From an uncultured Desulfospira sp. (GTDB lineage: Bacteria > Desulfobacterota > Desulfobacteria > Desulfobacterales > Desulfobacteraceae), in contig OY760175.1 in the NCBI GenBank assembly GCA_963663165.1, positions 2,208,001 to 2,272,000 on the forward strand: a DNA stretch of 64,000 nt, given 5' to 3'. The number at the start of each line of letters is the position of its first letter. Position 1 is the stretch's first letter. Below are positions 1 through 11,447 of the stretch, piece after piece. The position numbers were made by a program, and so were the translations under genes. The notes beneath the pieces were generated by a model that saw only the letters and a list, made by a program, of their open reading frames with translations, did not search any database and was not told where the DNA came from.

Positions 1-874
1 TAATAATTTCCCCGGTCCGGGTCAACAGATATATTTCCTGGGACCCTGAAAAGCTCAACGCCGCCGCAAGCTTTAACTGCCCTGGCATCCAGTCAGGGGA
101 AATGTTCATGCCCTTGTGATTGATCACCGTACCCCGGTTCTCTTTTAAATTTTTAATGTAAATGTCGGGTTTCCCCTTGGCATAAGACACATAGGCCAGC
201 CATTTTCCATCAAAGGACCAGTCCGGTGAAAGGCAGATACTCTTATGATGGGTGACCTGTTTAACGTCAAACCCGTCAAATTCACAGGTAAAAATCTCTT
301 TGTGCCCGCTGGCAGTTGAGACAAAGGCGATCTTTGAACTGAACACCCCCCATTTGCCGGTCAGCTTATAAGAAATTTCACTGCAAAACATATGGACCAT
401 CTTCCGGATCTGGGACTTGGGACCGGTATACACTTTGCCCACCAGCAGTTTGGCATTAAAGGTATCAAACAGCCTTAACTTTAACTTGACCATGCCCTGG
501 TCATCTTCAATACCGCCGGTAATCAGAAGGTCCGCACCGATGGCTGTCCAGTCTTTGAAATTGATCTGGGAAAGCTGAATCCCGGTTTCCGCCGGATTGG
601 CCAGGAAGGCTGCCGGGTCCATTATTTTCAAGTATCCGGTAAAACCCAGAGCCTGGGTCATAATGTCCTGGGCTTCTTTCCCGGACTCAATTTCCGTGTC
701 CAGATCATTAAAGGGTTTGAACCGGGTAACCGCGATGGGGGTTTTATTTAAAAACGGATTATAAATGTTGATATAATCAACTTCTTTTGAAGCCGCCTGA
801 AACGGAAACCCCAAAATAAGTACAAAAATCCAAAGGAACGCGACGGTCATCACATGTTGAAACGAAGTTTTCAT
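1..874 (-). CDS. tolB: Tol-Pal system beta-propeller protein TolB (runs off the window edge)
   Basis: Not in the ORF track. Manual translation from ATG 874 (ATGA overlap with tolA stop) gives MKTSFQHVMTVAFLWIFVLILG...YINIYNPFLNKTPIAVT; later FSSKIAFVS and SPDWSFDG repeats; follows tolQRA. Confidence 0.9.
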   Translation of the reverse strand, partial: MKTSFQHVMTVAFLWIFVLILGFPFQAASKEVDYINIYNPFLNKTPIAVTRFKPFNDLDTEIESGKEAQDIMTQALGFTGYLKIMDPAAFLANPAETGIQLSQINFKDWTAIGADLLITGGIEDDQGMVKLKLRLFDTFNAKLLVGKVYTGPKSQIRKMVHMFCSEISYKLTGKWGVFSSKIAFVSTASGHKEIFTCEFDGFDVKQVTHHKSICLSPDWSFDGKWLAYVSYAKGKPDIYIKNLKENRGTVINHKGMNISPDWMPGQLKLAAALSFSGSQEIYLLTRTGEII

Positions 875-1815
875 TTTAAGCCCTTAGGTGTAAATATCAC
901 AACAACATCATAAGATTGCATGCCCTGGGGCAGTTCAGGCAGGGGATTTGCCCGTTTAATTGCTTTTTTGGCAGATTCATCCAGGTAACCATTCCCGGAT
1001 TTGGTTTCATATGTAATATCTTGAATCTCACCGTTTTTCAATATTTTGATTAATATTCTCACCTGAAGGTTCTGATCCATCCCGGCCAGAATATCATTAA
1101 ATACCCAGTTTTTTTCTATGGCCAGCTGCAATTCCATCTTATAAAAATCAATGGGCTGATATCCTTTTCTACTGCCCCCTGCCCCGGTATTCGAACCGGT
1201 TCTTGCGCCCTCATTCACAGACTGGCGAAGCCGTTTCAGCGCATCGGCAATCTGCTGATCCTTTTGGCGGTCCACTTTATCGGCAATCCTTTGCCGGGCC
1301 TTGTCCAGGGTTTTTTCTGGGTCAGCTTTGGGTTTAAGCACCTTTTTCGGCTGTTTTTCTTCAGGCTTTTTCTCCTGCTTGGCCATGATTTCTTTTAAAT
1401 TTTTGGGCTTTGCCTTTAAGCTGATATCAGGCTTGATAATGGCTGCCGGTTCCTCAGGTTCAGCCGAAGGCGTGTCCGGGGCAGGGTCTGCCGGAACAGC
1501 CGTCTCAATCTTGGGTTCAGGCGGCTTGGGCAAAACCGGGTCGGGTTCCAGAGCGGAATCCGGGTCCTGGGACGGCGGCAGGGGCGCCATATCCTCAGGC
1601 CCGGCACCAAAGGAGACCAAGTCGACCTGGATGATTTCAGGGGGAACCACCGTGGATTCAAATCCATGAAAAAACATGACCGACACAAAAAACAGCCCAT
1701 GGGTCAGGACAGACAAAAAAAGAAATAAGAGCCAGGCTTTTGCGTCCTGTCCGGCCTCATCCATACCGGCTCCATACGCCTTTGCCCTTTTTTTTAAACC
1801 GGACCGGGGTTCCAT
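871..1815 (-). CDS. tolA: TolA/TonB-family energy transducer
   Basis: N-terminal TM with SxxxH motif (LSVLTH), Pro/Lys-rich linker, TonB C-terminal domain (SGNGYLDESAKKAI); between tolR and tolB. Confidence 0.85.
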   Translation of the reverse strand: MEPRSGLKKRAKAYGAGMDEAGQDAKAWLLFLFLSVLTHGLFFVSVMFFHGFESTVVPPEIIQVDLVSFGAGPEDMAPLPPSQDPDSALEPDPVLPKPPEPKIETAVPADPAPDTPSAEPEEPAAIIKPDISLKAKPKNLKEIMAKQEKKPEEKQPKKVLKPKADPEKTLDKARQRIADKVDRQKDQQIADALKRLRQSVNEGARTGSNTGAGGSRKGYQPIDFYKMELQLAIEKNWVFNDILAGMDQNLQVRILIKILKNGEIQDITYETKSGNGYLDESAKKAIKRANPLPELPQGMQSYDVVVIFTPKGLK

Positions 1816-1824
1816 ACCGCTTAA

Positions 1825-2244
1825 TCAGGAAGCGTCTTCATTGTCCGGGAGGGTAATCATTCCCAGATTTTTAACGCCTGCTTTTTTAATTTTGGACATC
1901 ACGTTGACCACTATGCCGTAGGGCACTTTTTTGTCGGCTTTCAGATAAACGCCGCCGGAATCAAGATTTTCAAGAACCGCCCCAAGCTTTTCCGTTAAAA
2001 AGGCCGCACTGACCTCTTGATCGTTGATATACACCTTAAGGTCCTTATCAATGGAAATGATCAGATGCTCTTTATCGCTTGGGATGGGATCTGAGCTGGC
2101 TTCGGGCAGATCCACATCCACCCCCTGGACCATCATGGGGGCGGCAACCATGAAAATGATTAACAGGACCAGCATAACGTCCACTAAGGGGGTAACGTTT
2201 ATGTCGGCCATAAACTGGTCATTACCGGATCCTAGCTGCATCAT
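1825..2244 (-). CDS. tolR: TolR/ExbD protein
   Basis: INVTPLVDVMLVLLIIFM motif; KAD..VPYG..V..M motif. Confidence 0.92.
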   Translation of the reverse strand: MMQLGSGNDQFMADINVTPLVDVMLVLLIIFMVAAPMMVQGVDVDLPEASSDPIPSDKEHLIISIDKDLKVYINDQEVSAAFLTEKLGAVLENLDSGGVYLKADKKVPYGIVVNVMSKIKKAGVKNLGMITLPDNEDAS

Positions 2245-2957
2245 GCCTCCGTTTGTTTTTGCAGATCTCTTTCAATGATATTTAAAAGATCGGAAGAAAA
2301 ACTTTCCAGCTCCGAATTGAGTACCCTTATTCTGTCCGTAAAATAGTTGTAGGCAACCACCGAAGGGATGGCCACGGCAAGGCCCGCAGCTGTGGCGACC
2401 AGGGCTTCGGAGATACCGGGGGCCACAACCGCTAAACTGGCTGAGCCGCTGACCCCGATTCCCTGGAAGGTATCCATGATTCCCCATACGGTTCCAAACA
2501 GTCCGATAAAGGGCGCTGTGTTTCCGGCGGTGGCCAGAAACGGGACCATCTGGGTTAACCGCCTTACCTCCACGTTGATGGACCGTCTCAATGTCCGTTT
2601 AATGCTTTCCATGGCATGGAAGGCTGACGTTTGGGTTTTAAGGGTTCTGCCGTCCTTATCTTTGCCGGCTTTGACATCGGATCTGGCCATTTCCATATAG
2701 GAGGTAATGAAAATACGGGCCACCGGGCTGGATCGTAGGGCCTTGGCTTTTGAAAAGGCATCGGCAAGGGTCCGGCACTGCCAGAACACATCCGTAAAAT
2801 CCGAGGATTCCCGGGTTGCCTGTCGAAGATATCTGAATTTAATGAATACGATTGCCCAGGAAATGATGGAGAAAAACAGCAGCAACAGCAGCACCAGTTT
2901 AACCACCGGCCCGGCATTGCTGAGCATGTAAAGCAATTCCATTGTTTCAGTGCCCAT
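2241..2957 (-). CDS. tolQ: TolQ (MotA/TolQ/ExbB proton channel)
   Basis: APFIGLFGTVWGIM and VAPGISEALVATAAGL motifs. Confidence 0.93.
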   Translation of the reverse strand: MGTETMELLYMLSNAGPVVKLVLLLLLFFSIISWAIVFIKFRYLRQATRESSDFTDVFWQCRTLADAFSKAKALRSSPVARIFITSYMEMARSDVKAGKDKDGRTLKTQTSAFHAMESIKRTLRRSINVEVRRLTQMVPFLATAGNTAPFIGLFGTVWGIMDTFQGIGVSGSASLAVVAPGISEALVATAAGLAVAIPSVVAYNYFTDRIRVLNSELESFSSDLLNIIERDLQKQTEA

Positions 2958-3060
2958 AGAAATCCTCTTTCAAGATCCTGTCCTTACAGGGGCGGTAAAG
3001 ATTTACACAAATTTTCACCAATCTAAGTATATGAGCCCAATACCCATGTCAAGGCCAAAT

Positions 3061-3213
3061 GTAACTGTTCATCAGTGCCCCATCTTCGCTCATTCAGGCC
3101 TTCTCACATAGCAAAAGTATGCTACGAAGTCCTGACTAAACAAATATGAAGCACTGATGAACAGTTACGGACCCTGGTTTTTGTTTGTTTTTCAGCATTA
3201 GCTGAATAGTTAC
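3061..3213. mobile_element. MITE-like repeat family A, copy 1
   Basis: Perfect 18-bp inverted repeat GTAACTGTTCATCAGTGC/GCACTGATGAACAGTTAC (3061-3168) plus an extension ending in a second end GCTGAATAGTTAC; near-identical copy at 26463-26614. Confidence 0.85.
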
Positions 3214-3255
3214 AAAATTCTTAAGTTAATGGCATTGAAGGCCAAATTAGAATAA

Positions 3256-3288
3256 TAAAGCCCCTTGAGATGGACTCAAAGGGCTTTA
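3256..3288 (-). terminator. Intrinsic terminator after groEL
   Basis: TAAAGCCC..GAG/CTC..GGGCTTTA hairpin with A/T flanks just downstream of the groEL stop. Confidence 0.65.
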
Positions 3289-3339
3289 AAATATACTAGC
3301 TAAATAAAATGGTTTAGACTATTTTAAACCGGTTTTATC

Positions 3340-5007
<1,668 letters not shown>

Positions 5008-5028
5008 TTAAAGTTATCTTAACGTCAA

Positions 5029-5316
5029 CTATTCAACAATTCCAAGGACATCATCCTGACGAAGGATCAGGTAATCCGTACCGTCAATTTTTACGTCGGT
5101 TCCGCCGTATTTGCTGAACAGAACCCTGTCGCCGACTTTGACATCCATGGGAAGGAGTTTGCCGTCTTCTCCCATACGGCCGTTACCGGTTGCAATGACT
5201 TTGCCTTCTGCAGGTTTTTCTTTGGCTGTATCCGGGATAATAATGCCGCCTTTGGTTTTCTCATCCTCTTCTACGCGCTGAACCAGAATTCTGTCACTCA
5301 GTGGTCTTAAACTCAT
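5029..5316 (-). CDS. groES: Co-chaperonin GroES
   Basis: [25 protein letters not shown]; 95 aa upstream of groEL. Confidence 0.99.
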   Translation of the reverse strand: MSLRPLSDRILVQRVEEDEKTKGGIIIPDTAKEKPAEGKVIATGNGRMGEDGKLLPMDVKVGDRVLFSKYGGTDVKIDGTDYLILRQDDVLGIVE

Positions 5317-5388
5317 GATACACTTCTCCTTTTAATATTAATTTTCCATCATTGAATTGTAGAATTAACTTCTAGTTCGGGACAGGGT

Positions 5389-5664
5389 TTATTCAGAGGA
5401 AGACCCCGCCGTTTTAGAAGCAGTATCTTTTGATTCTGTTTTTGCCTTTTCGCTGGACTCAGGTCCTTTGCCAGACCCGGACTTGGCCCCGCCGTAATCC
5501 GTGACATACCATCCCGAGCCCTTTAAATGGAAAGAGCTTTGGGATATCAGTTTTTTAAGGTGGCCCCGGCATTTTGAGCAGGTTTCAAGGGGTGGGTCTG
5601 AAATTTTCTGGAATGCCTCTTCAACTTGTCCGCATTCCGTGCATTGGTACTCATAAACCGGCAT
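5389..5664 (-). CDS. FmdB-family zinc-ribbon protein
   Basis: Start reassigned to ATG 5664 (RBS GGAG); MPVYEYQCTEC...CSKC...FHLKGSGWYVTDY signature. Confidence 0.9.
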   Translation of the reverse strand: MPVYEYQCTECGQVEEAFQKISDPPLETCSKCRGHLKKLISQSSFHLKGSGWYVTDYGGAKSGSGKGPESSEKAKTESKDTASKTAGSSSE

Positions 5665-5710
5665 TGTTTTTCTCCGTTTTTCTTTGATTACCGCTTGAAA
5701 AATCAATTCT

Positions 5711-5738
5711 AAAATAATAAGTCTTTTTTCCTTGTCAA
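5711..5738 (-). promoter_or_regulatory. Putative sigma70 promoter for fmdB-like gene/groESL
   Basis: TTGACA-16 nt-TATTTT on the minus strand. Confidence 0.5.
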
Positions 5739-5767
5739 CCCGGGGGCTAAAAATATTTAACCAAAAA

Positions 5768-6301
5768 TTACCCCCCCTTGCCTTCTCTCCATTGTGCATA
5801 AAATTCAAACACTTGATCAAGCCCTTCCATGGCAACAGATCTTAAAATATCATGGCTCAGGCCATGGACTTTCCGTTCTTCATCCATGGTCACGGAAGCC
5901 TCTGACGCGTTCTCGTACCGGTGTTCGAATTTGGAAAACCGGACAATATGAACCAGCTCATGGACCAGAATATATAAAAGAAAGGCGTCCAGGTTCAGGG
6001 TTCTGTCTTTCCCGTGCAGCGAAAGGATGGCCTGATCCTGGAGGCATACGGTATAAAGGTTGTAACTTGAAGAACTTAAAGAGGCATCCTTTTTTCGGCC
6101 CTCGTATTTGACCACCTGGGCAAAGGGTCCGTCCACCCGTTCATGGTCCGCAAGGGTTGCAGCTGTCTTTATATCATACCGGTTTTTAAGCCACTGTCCC
6201 GAGGAAAGCTTAAAATAATTATTGACCAGTTCTTCTGCTAAAAGGACCGCCTTTTCAACCCGCTCAAGTTCAACGGGATTAAAATACAATGGATTTTTCA
6301 T
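5768..6301 (-). CDS. Hypothetical protein with HExxH zinc-binding motif
   Basis: 177 aa, RBS AGGAGG, motif ILVHELVH followed by a distal EE. Confidence 0.75.
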   Translation of the reverse strand: MKNPLYFNPVELERVEKAVLLAEELVNNYFKLSSGQWLKNRYDIKTAATLADHERVDGPFAQVVKYEGRKKDASLSSSSYNLYTVCLQDQAILSLHGKDRTLNLDAFLLYILVHELVHIVRFSKFEHRYENASEASVTMDEERKVHGLSHDILRSVAMEGLDQVFEFYAQWREGKGG

Positions 6302-6430
6302 GTCCCTCCTTGTTAAAAAAACAGTTCAGAACAAAACAATTGGAAATTCAAATTAACCTATGCTATAGTACTCAGCTAACCAATTTCAAATAAAATCAAA
6401 CAATAGATTTTACAAAAGGAGGTGATTCGT

Positions 6431-6526
6431 TTGGGCAGTGTATTGAAGAAAAGAAGAAAAAAAATGAGAAAGCATAAACACAGAAAACTCCTTGCCAAGA
6501 CCAGACACCAGAGAAAGAAGAAGTAA
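6431..6526 (+). CDS. Small basic ribosomal-type protein, bS22 / AURKAIP1-COX24 (DUF1713) family
   Basis: Not in the ORF track. RBS AGGAGGT, TTG start, MGSVLKKRRKKMRKHKHRKLLAKTRHQRKKK (31 aa); hairpin GTATTGAGTC/GACTCAATAC follows. Confidence 0.88.
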   Translation: MGSVLKKRRKKMRKHKHRKLLAKTRHQRKKK

Positions 6527-6648
6527 CCGCCTAATCGGTTTAAGGGTATTGAGTCTTAAAGTTTTTAACAGACTCAATACTCTAGAACCTTTGCACCGGC
6601 GTAACTTTTTTCCGGCCTGTCCCTTTTGGGCCGGGGGTATGTTATTAC

Positions 6649-7605
6649 CTACTCTACGCCGGATGCCCCTTTCATATATTTCATTAAATCCGAATCTGTT
6701 GAAAGGATTAAAGTGCTGTCCTTTTCAAGGGTCGTCTTGTAAACTTCCAGGGTTTTCAAGAACGCATAAAACTCCGGATCAGCCCCATAGGCATCAGCGT
6801 AAATCCGGGTGGCCTCGGCATCAGCATCACCCTTGATGGACTGGGCTGTTTTATAAGCCTCGGACTTGATTACCTGAAGTTCCTTTTCCTTTTCACCCCG
6901 TATATTACTGGCCTCTCCTTTTCCTTCGGCCCTGAACTTTTCAGCAATCTGATTTCTCTCAGCAATCATTCTGTCGTAAACCGACTGGCGGACACTGTCG
7001 ATATAATTGATCCGTTTGATCTTGACATCAACCAGTTCGATACCGAACTGGTTGAGTTTATCCCTTGCCTGTTCCACAATCTTCCGGGTCAGTTTATCCC
7101 TGCCCAGTGAAATGGTGTAACGGACATGGTCTTTTGCGTTATCATCATCCACACCGATCTCAAATGTATCCATTGGCCGGTCTGTATTCCGTACGCTTTC
7201 GACCAATGGAGACGAGGTCACCAGGTTTCGCGTGGCCGGGTCAATAATATCATCCAGCCGTTTTAACGCCGCAAACTCGTCCTTGACCGTCTGAAAATAA
7301 ACAATCGGATTGCTGATCCGCCACCGGGCGAAGGTATCCACCCAGATATAGGTTTTATCCTTGGTAGGGACCTGGCCTGGATCACCGTCCCATTCCAGTA
7401 AATTTTTAGGGAAAAAATTGGCTTTTTGAATAAAGGGGATCTTAAAATTCAGCCCCGGTTCTTTTACCGGATCACCCACGATTCTTCCAAACTGGGTAAT
7501 CACCACCTGCTGGGTTTCATCCACCACATAGGCTGAATTATATCCCAGGAATGCGAGAACCACTACAGCCACCGCCAAAATCACTTTTGTATTATTATCT
7601 TTCAT
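6649..7605 (-). CDS. hflC: FtsH modulator HflC
   Basis: SPFH domain; VYDRMIAERNQIA..RAEG and DPEFYAFLKTLE motifs. Confidence 0.93.
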   Translation of the reverse strand: MKDNNTKVILAVAVVVLAFLGYNSAYVVDETQQVVITQFGRIVGDPVKEPGLNFKIPFIQKANFFPKNLLEWDGDPGQVPTKDKTYIWVDTFARWRISNPIVYFQTVKDEFAALKRLDDIIDPATRNLVTSSPLVESVRNTDRPMDTFEIGVDDDNAKDHVRYTISLGRDKLTRKIVEQARDKLNQFGIELVDVKIKRINYIDSVRQSVYDRMIAERNQIAEKFRAEGKGEASNIRGEKEKELQVIKSEAYKTAQSIKGDADAEATRIYADAYGADPEFYAFLKTLEVYKTTLEKDSTLILSTDSDLMKYMKGASGVE

Positions 7606-7607
7606 GC

Positions 7608-8693
7608 TTATTCACCCTTTGAAAGGAATTTATCGCTGGAAATTATGGGAGAGTTCTTCAGGTTCAATAACGGCAGCACATTTTTCTGATCCGAATCAAT
7701 GATATATTTGGTGCCGAGTTTGGGAACAATTTGAAGCATGGACTCAAGGTACATTCTCTTTCGGGTGACATCCTTTGCCGTGGCATAAGCTTTATAGATT
7801 GCCGTGAACTTGGCGGCATCACCCTGTGCCCGGTTTACCCGGTCAATGGCGTACCCTTCGGCATCCTTGACCACCCGTTTTGCTTCGCCCCGGGCAAGGG
7901 GAACCGCCTTATTATACTCTTCCCTGGCCTTGTAGATGGTCTGTTCTCTTTCCTGGGTGGCCTGGTTGACCTCATTAAAGGACGCCTGTACCGGCTCAGG
8001 CACATTGGTTTTTTTCATCTCAATGGTAACGATACTGATGCCGGCCTTTGCCTGGTCCATTTCCTTTTGAAGCATTTCCTTTGCGGCCAGTGCAATTTCA
8101 GCCCGCTTGGTGATCACTTCATTGATGCTCCTGTCCCCGACAACCGTTCTCATGGTGGCTTCGGACATATGCCTGAGCAAGGATCTTACATCCTTTACAT
8201 TAAACAAAAATGCCCGGGGATCTGATCTACGGTATTGAACGATCCAGGGGACCACGGCCACGTTCAGATCACCGGTCAGCATTAGTGATGATTCCTGGCG
8301 GGGGGTGTCGGCCGATGCCCGGTAAGTGCTTGAACCTGAATAGGTTTTAAACCCAAACTCTTCGGTTTCAGGGGTTTTGACATTCACTTTGGTGACTTTC
8401 TCAATGCCTGAGGGAAGCTTGAAATTAAGGCCGGGCTGGGCAAGCCGGTTATATTTCCCGAACCGCTGAATGACCCCTACCTCGTTCCGGTCAACGGTAA
8501 AAAAAGTGGATGATCCAAGATAAAAAACAGCCAGAATAATCACCACCACAATAACCCCGGGGAATTTAAAATCCTTGAACTTGTTCATCAGTTCATCCAT
8601 CTGGGGAGGCTTGGGCATCCCGGGTCCGGAGTCTGATTTTTTCTGCTCATACTTTTGCTGATTCTCTCTTAATTTTTCCCAATCCCAATTCAT
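7608..8693 (-). CDS. hflK: FtsH modulator HflK
   Basis: PPQMDEL N-terminus, MLTGDLN, VTRKRMYLE motifs; upstream of hflC. Confidence 0.93.
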   Translation of the reverse strand: MNWDWEKLRENQQKYEQKKSDSGPGMPKPPQMDELMNKFKDFKFPGVIVVVIILAVFYLGSSTFFTVDRNEVGVIQRFGKYNRLAQPGLNFKLPSGIEKVTKVNVKTPETEEFGFKTYSGSSTYRASADTPRQESSLMLTGDLNVAVVPWIVQYRRSDPRAFLFNVKDVRSLLRHMSEATMRTVVGDRSINEVITKRAEIALAAKEMLQKEMDQAKAGISIVTIEMKKTNVPEPVQASFNEVNQATQEREQTIYKAREEYNKAVPLARGEAKRVVKDAEGYAIDRVNRAQGDAAKFTAIYKAYATAKDVTRKRMYLESMLQIVPKLGTKYIIDSDQKNVLPLLNLKNSPIISSDKFLSKGE

Positions 8694-8945
8694 AGAAGCT
8701 TTCCTGTAAGGTCTTTTTTGTAATTCTCATTAGAAACATTAGAAGGCAAAATATACCCTTTTTATAATTATTCAAGGACAAAAGGCAATATTTATTTGGG
8801 GTTTAAAGCCGCAGGCCGGTCTTTTCAAGTTTTTAAGAAAGGCTGTGGTTAACAGCCGGACCGGGGAGAATATAGGGGCAATTTTATTTAGGACGTGGTA
8901 TAAGTTTCGCAACCAATTTATAACGCTTAACTCACAGCAGGGATT

Positions 8946-9260
8946 ATGGATAAAAAAAACGAAAACCTGATCCACATTTCCGATATTCTGGACAAAGCCC
9001 TGGGGAAATTGAGGCCGGATATCCAGACGGACATCACCCGGATATGGGACGTCTGGGACCGTGCCGTTGGGCAGCCCATCGCCATGAATGCCAAACCCGA
9101 ATCCTTTAAAGACGGGGAACTCATGGTCACTGTGTCAAGCTCCTCATGGATTCACCAACTCAAATTTCTTGAGACGGAAATGATCGTGGGCATCAACAAA
9201 GCCATCGGCAAAGACCTGGTGAACAGGATTCGGTTCAAACTTGGAAAAATATACAGCTGA
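8946..9260 (+). CDS. dciA: DUF721/DciA-family protein (helicase-operating protein)
   Basis: W..AVG..IA..A.P.....G.L.V.V.SS.W...L pattern. Confidence 0.75.
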   Translation: MDKKNENLIHISDILDKALGKLRPDIQTDITRIWDVWDRAVGQPIAMNAKPESFKDGELMVTVSSSSWIHQLKFLETEMIVGINKAIGKDLVNRIRFKLGKIYS

Positions 9261-9945
9261 CCTCCTGATCAAAGATCTGGATATCGCCCAGCCCGAATCC
9301 GGGTACCGGTTTTCAATGGACCCGGTTCTTCTGGCCTCCCATATCCATCCAAAGCCCCATGAAAGGATTCTGGATATCGGGTGCGGATGCGGCGTTATGC
9401 CCCTGATTCTGGCCAGAAATCATTTAAATATTCATGTGATCGGCGTAGAAATTCAAAGGGAACTATCCGCATTTGCCACAACCAATATTAAAAAAAATAA
9501 TCTGGCTCACCAGATCACCCTTTTAAATGAGGATATAAGGGAAATCTTTCCAGCGGATCTTGGCGGTGCGGTGGACAGAATCATCTCCAACCCGCCTTAC
9601 AAAAAAGCAAATTCGGGAAGAATCAACCCGGATCCCCAAAAAGCCATGGCCCGGCATGACATCAGCCTTGATCTGGACACCCTTTTTGCCTGTTCGGCCC
9701 GGCTGCTCAAACCCAAGGGGACCATCACCATTATTTTTCCGGCCGGCAGGCTCCAGGACATTTCAGACCGGATGGGTGCCCATGCCTTCGGACTTGAATG
9801 TCTAAAAAGCATTCATACCAGAAAAGACCGGCCGGCCAAGCTGGTGCTGGTGTCCGGCAGAAAAAATGGCAAACAGCCCTGCCGGATACTCCCTCCCCTG
9901 ATCATCCAAGATCCATCCGGCCGGCACGCCAAAGCGGATTCCTGA
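9241..9945 (+). CDS. tRNA1(Val) A37 N6-methyltransferase-like (YfiC/TrmN6)
   Basis: Q...GYRFSMDPVLLA, LDIGCGCG, ISNPPY, ARH motifs. Confidence 0.85.
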   Translation: MEKYTADLLIKDLDIAQPESGYRFSMDPVLLASHIHPKPHERILDIGCGCGVMPLILARNHLNIHVIGVEIQRELSAFATTNIKKNNLAHQITLLNEDIREIFPADLGGAVDRIISNPPYKKANSGRINPDPQKAMARHDISLDLDTLFACSARLLKPKGTITIIFPAGRLQDISDRMGAHAFGLECLKSIHTRKDRPAKLVLVSGRKNGKQPCRILPPLIIQDPSGRHAKADS

Positions 9946-9956
9946 CGCCTTTCCCA

Positions 9957-10136
9957 CAGGGCAATCGCATGTAAAAATAAGTTAAATCTTCAATATCATG
10001 TAGGGATTTAGGCTGAAGACTGAAGGCTGAAGGGGTTTAGGATCGCGCAACCCTTCAGCCTAAACACCTTCAGCCTAATCACCTTTTTTACATACTCACA
10101 TATCAAACAATCGGCAGGTTACATGCGATCACCCTG
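9957..10136. mobile_element. ISAs1-like MITE (180 bp, non-coding)
   Basis: 18-bp TIRs CAGGGCAATCGCATGTAA / TTACATGCGATCACCCTG (2 mismatches); flanking 10-bp direct repeats GCCTTTCCCA / GCCTTTGCCA. Confidence 0.75.
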
Positions 10137-10202
10137 GCCTTTGCCAGGATAAGTCTTGACAGAACCCCCAAAAGATACTATTTTGCCCTGGATTTAATTT
10201 TC

Positions 10203-10294
10203 GGAGAGGTGACCGAGATGGCTGAAGGTGCACGCCTGGAAAGCGTGTGTATCCTAACCGGGTACCCGGGGTTCGAATCCCCGCCTCTCCGCCA
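10203..10294 (+). tRNA. tRNA-Ser (anticodon GGA)
   Basis: Acceptor GGAGAGG/CCTCTCC, anticodon arm CACGC-CTGGAAA-GCGTG, long variable arm, GTTCGAATC T-loop, encoded CCA; TTGACA at 10156. Confidence 0.97.
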
Positions 10295-10304
10295 CTTAAA
10301 CATT

Positions 10305-10340
10305 AGAGCCCGGGGGAATTTCCCCCGGGCTTTTTTTGTT
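10305..10340 (+). terminator. Intrinsic terminator of tRNA-Ser
   Basis: AGCCCGGGGGA-ATT-TCCCCCGGGCT followed by a T tract. Confidence 0.9.
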
Positions 10341-10756
10341 TGAGCATATTGGGCAGGCAAACCGGCGGACTTTTGTTAACATAAATGATAAATTGGTAAC
10401 CTTAGGATCATATTCAGGTTAACCTGTCATGGTAATATCCAAACCAAGAAAGACACAAACAGATTATCAAGTCCTTTGTTCATCTTTCTTTCTTTTCCTT
10501 TTTGTGCGGGCCGTCATCGGGACGGCCCGTTTTTTTTACCGGTTTTTTTGCCCTTTAACATACGCCCCTCTGTGCAGTTTGGCGAAAGCCAAACCTCGGT
10601 GTCCTCTGTGGTTTAAAAACATGAAATCCCGAAGGGGTTGAATGATCCTTCTTTAACCTCCTGGTTTTATAAATTGTGGGCTTCGCCCACGCTTTAATTT
10701 TAACCACAGAGGGGCACAGAGAAACACTTTAGTTTCAGTGCTGCGCACTGAAATTT

Positions 10757-10846
10757 TATATGAAAGACCCAGCAACCTGTTGGGTGCTTTCAATATTTGT
10801 TGTGGGCAGTTCTTGGTTGGATAACCAAGCCGTCCGTGACGGTTAT
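10757..10846 (+). repeat. Three-hairpin repeat family B, copy 1
   Basis: GAAAG..CTTTC hairpin + CTTGGTTGGATAACCAAG + GC hairpin ending GTTAT; six copies in the window. Confidence 0.85.
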
Positions 10847-11013
10847 TCGAAAAGTTCACATAGCAGGTCTGCAATTTCGACGTTCCAAATTCTCGGGGTT
10901 ACCCCTCCGGTCTCCCGTTTCCCGTTTCCGGTCTCCGTTCAGGTTTATTGGAGATTTAACTTATTTTTACATGTGATTGCCCTGAATCACAACTGTGATA
11001 CAATAGGCCCATT

Positions 11014-11433
11014 ATGCTCATTATTTCAGAAAATTTATGTATCCCGGACAATGAGATCCAATGGGAAGCGGTCCGGGCAGCGGGGCCTGGCGGACAGAAT
11101 GTGAACAAGGTGGCCACAGCTGTTCACCTAAGGTTTGATATAAGAAATGCTACCCTGCCCCAGGACGTTAAAGAGAAGCTGCTGAACCTCAAAGATAAAC
11201 GGATCACCAAAGACGGGGTAATTGTGATCAAGGCCCGGCAATACCGGCTCCAGGAAAGAAACAAGGAGGCGGCTTTCGAGCGGTTACAAAGCTTAATCCT
11301 GAAGGCTTTGGCTACCCAAAAGAAACGAAAACCAACAAGGCCGTCCCAGGCGGCAAAGACCAAACGCCTGAACGCCAAAACCAAACACGGGCGGCTCAAA
11401 CAGTTGAGGGGGAAGGTGGACCCTGCCGGGTAA
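11014..11433 (+). CDS. arfB: Alternative ribosome rescue factor ArfB (YaeJ)
   Basis: GPGGQNVNKV motif; basic C-terminal tail RKPTRPS. Confidence 0.95.
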   Translation: MLIISENLCIPDNEIQWEAVRAAGPGGQNVNKVATAVHLRFDIRNATLPQDVKEKLLNLKDKRITKDGVIVIKARQYRLQERNKEAAFERLQSLILKALATQKKRKPTRPSQAAKTKRLNAKTKHGRLKQLRGKVDPAG

Positions 11434-11447
11434 GGCCCCCTGCCTTT

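Noticed and set aside
6492..6836. 114-aa ORF in the track
   Set aside because: Overlaps the bS22-like gene out of frame and hflC antisense; no RBS or motif.
10260..11010. Genomic island integrated at tRNA-Ser
   Set aside because: No integrase, no duplicated tRNA 3' end noticed, and housekeeping genes resume at arfB.
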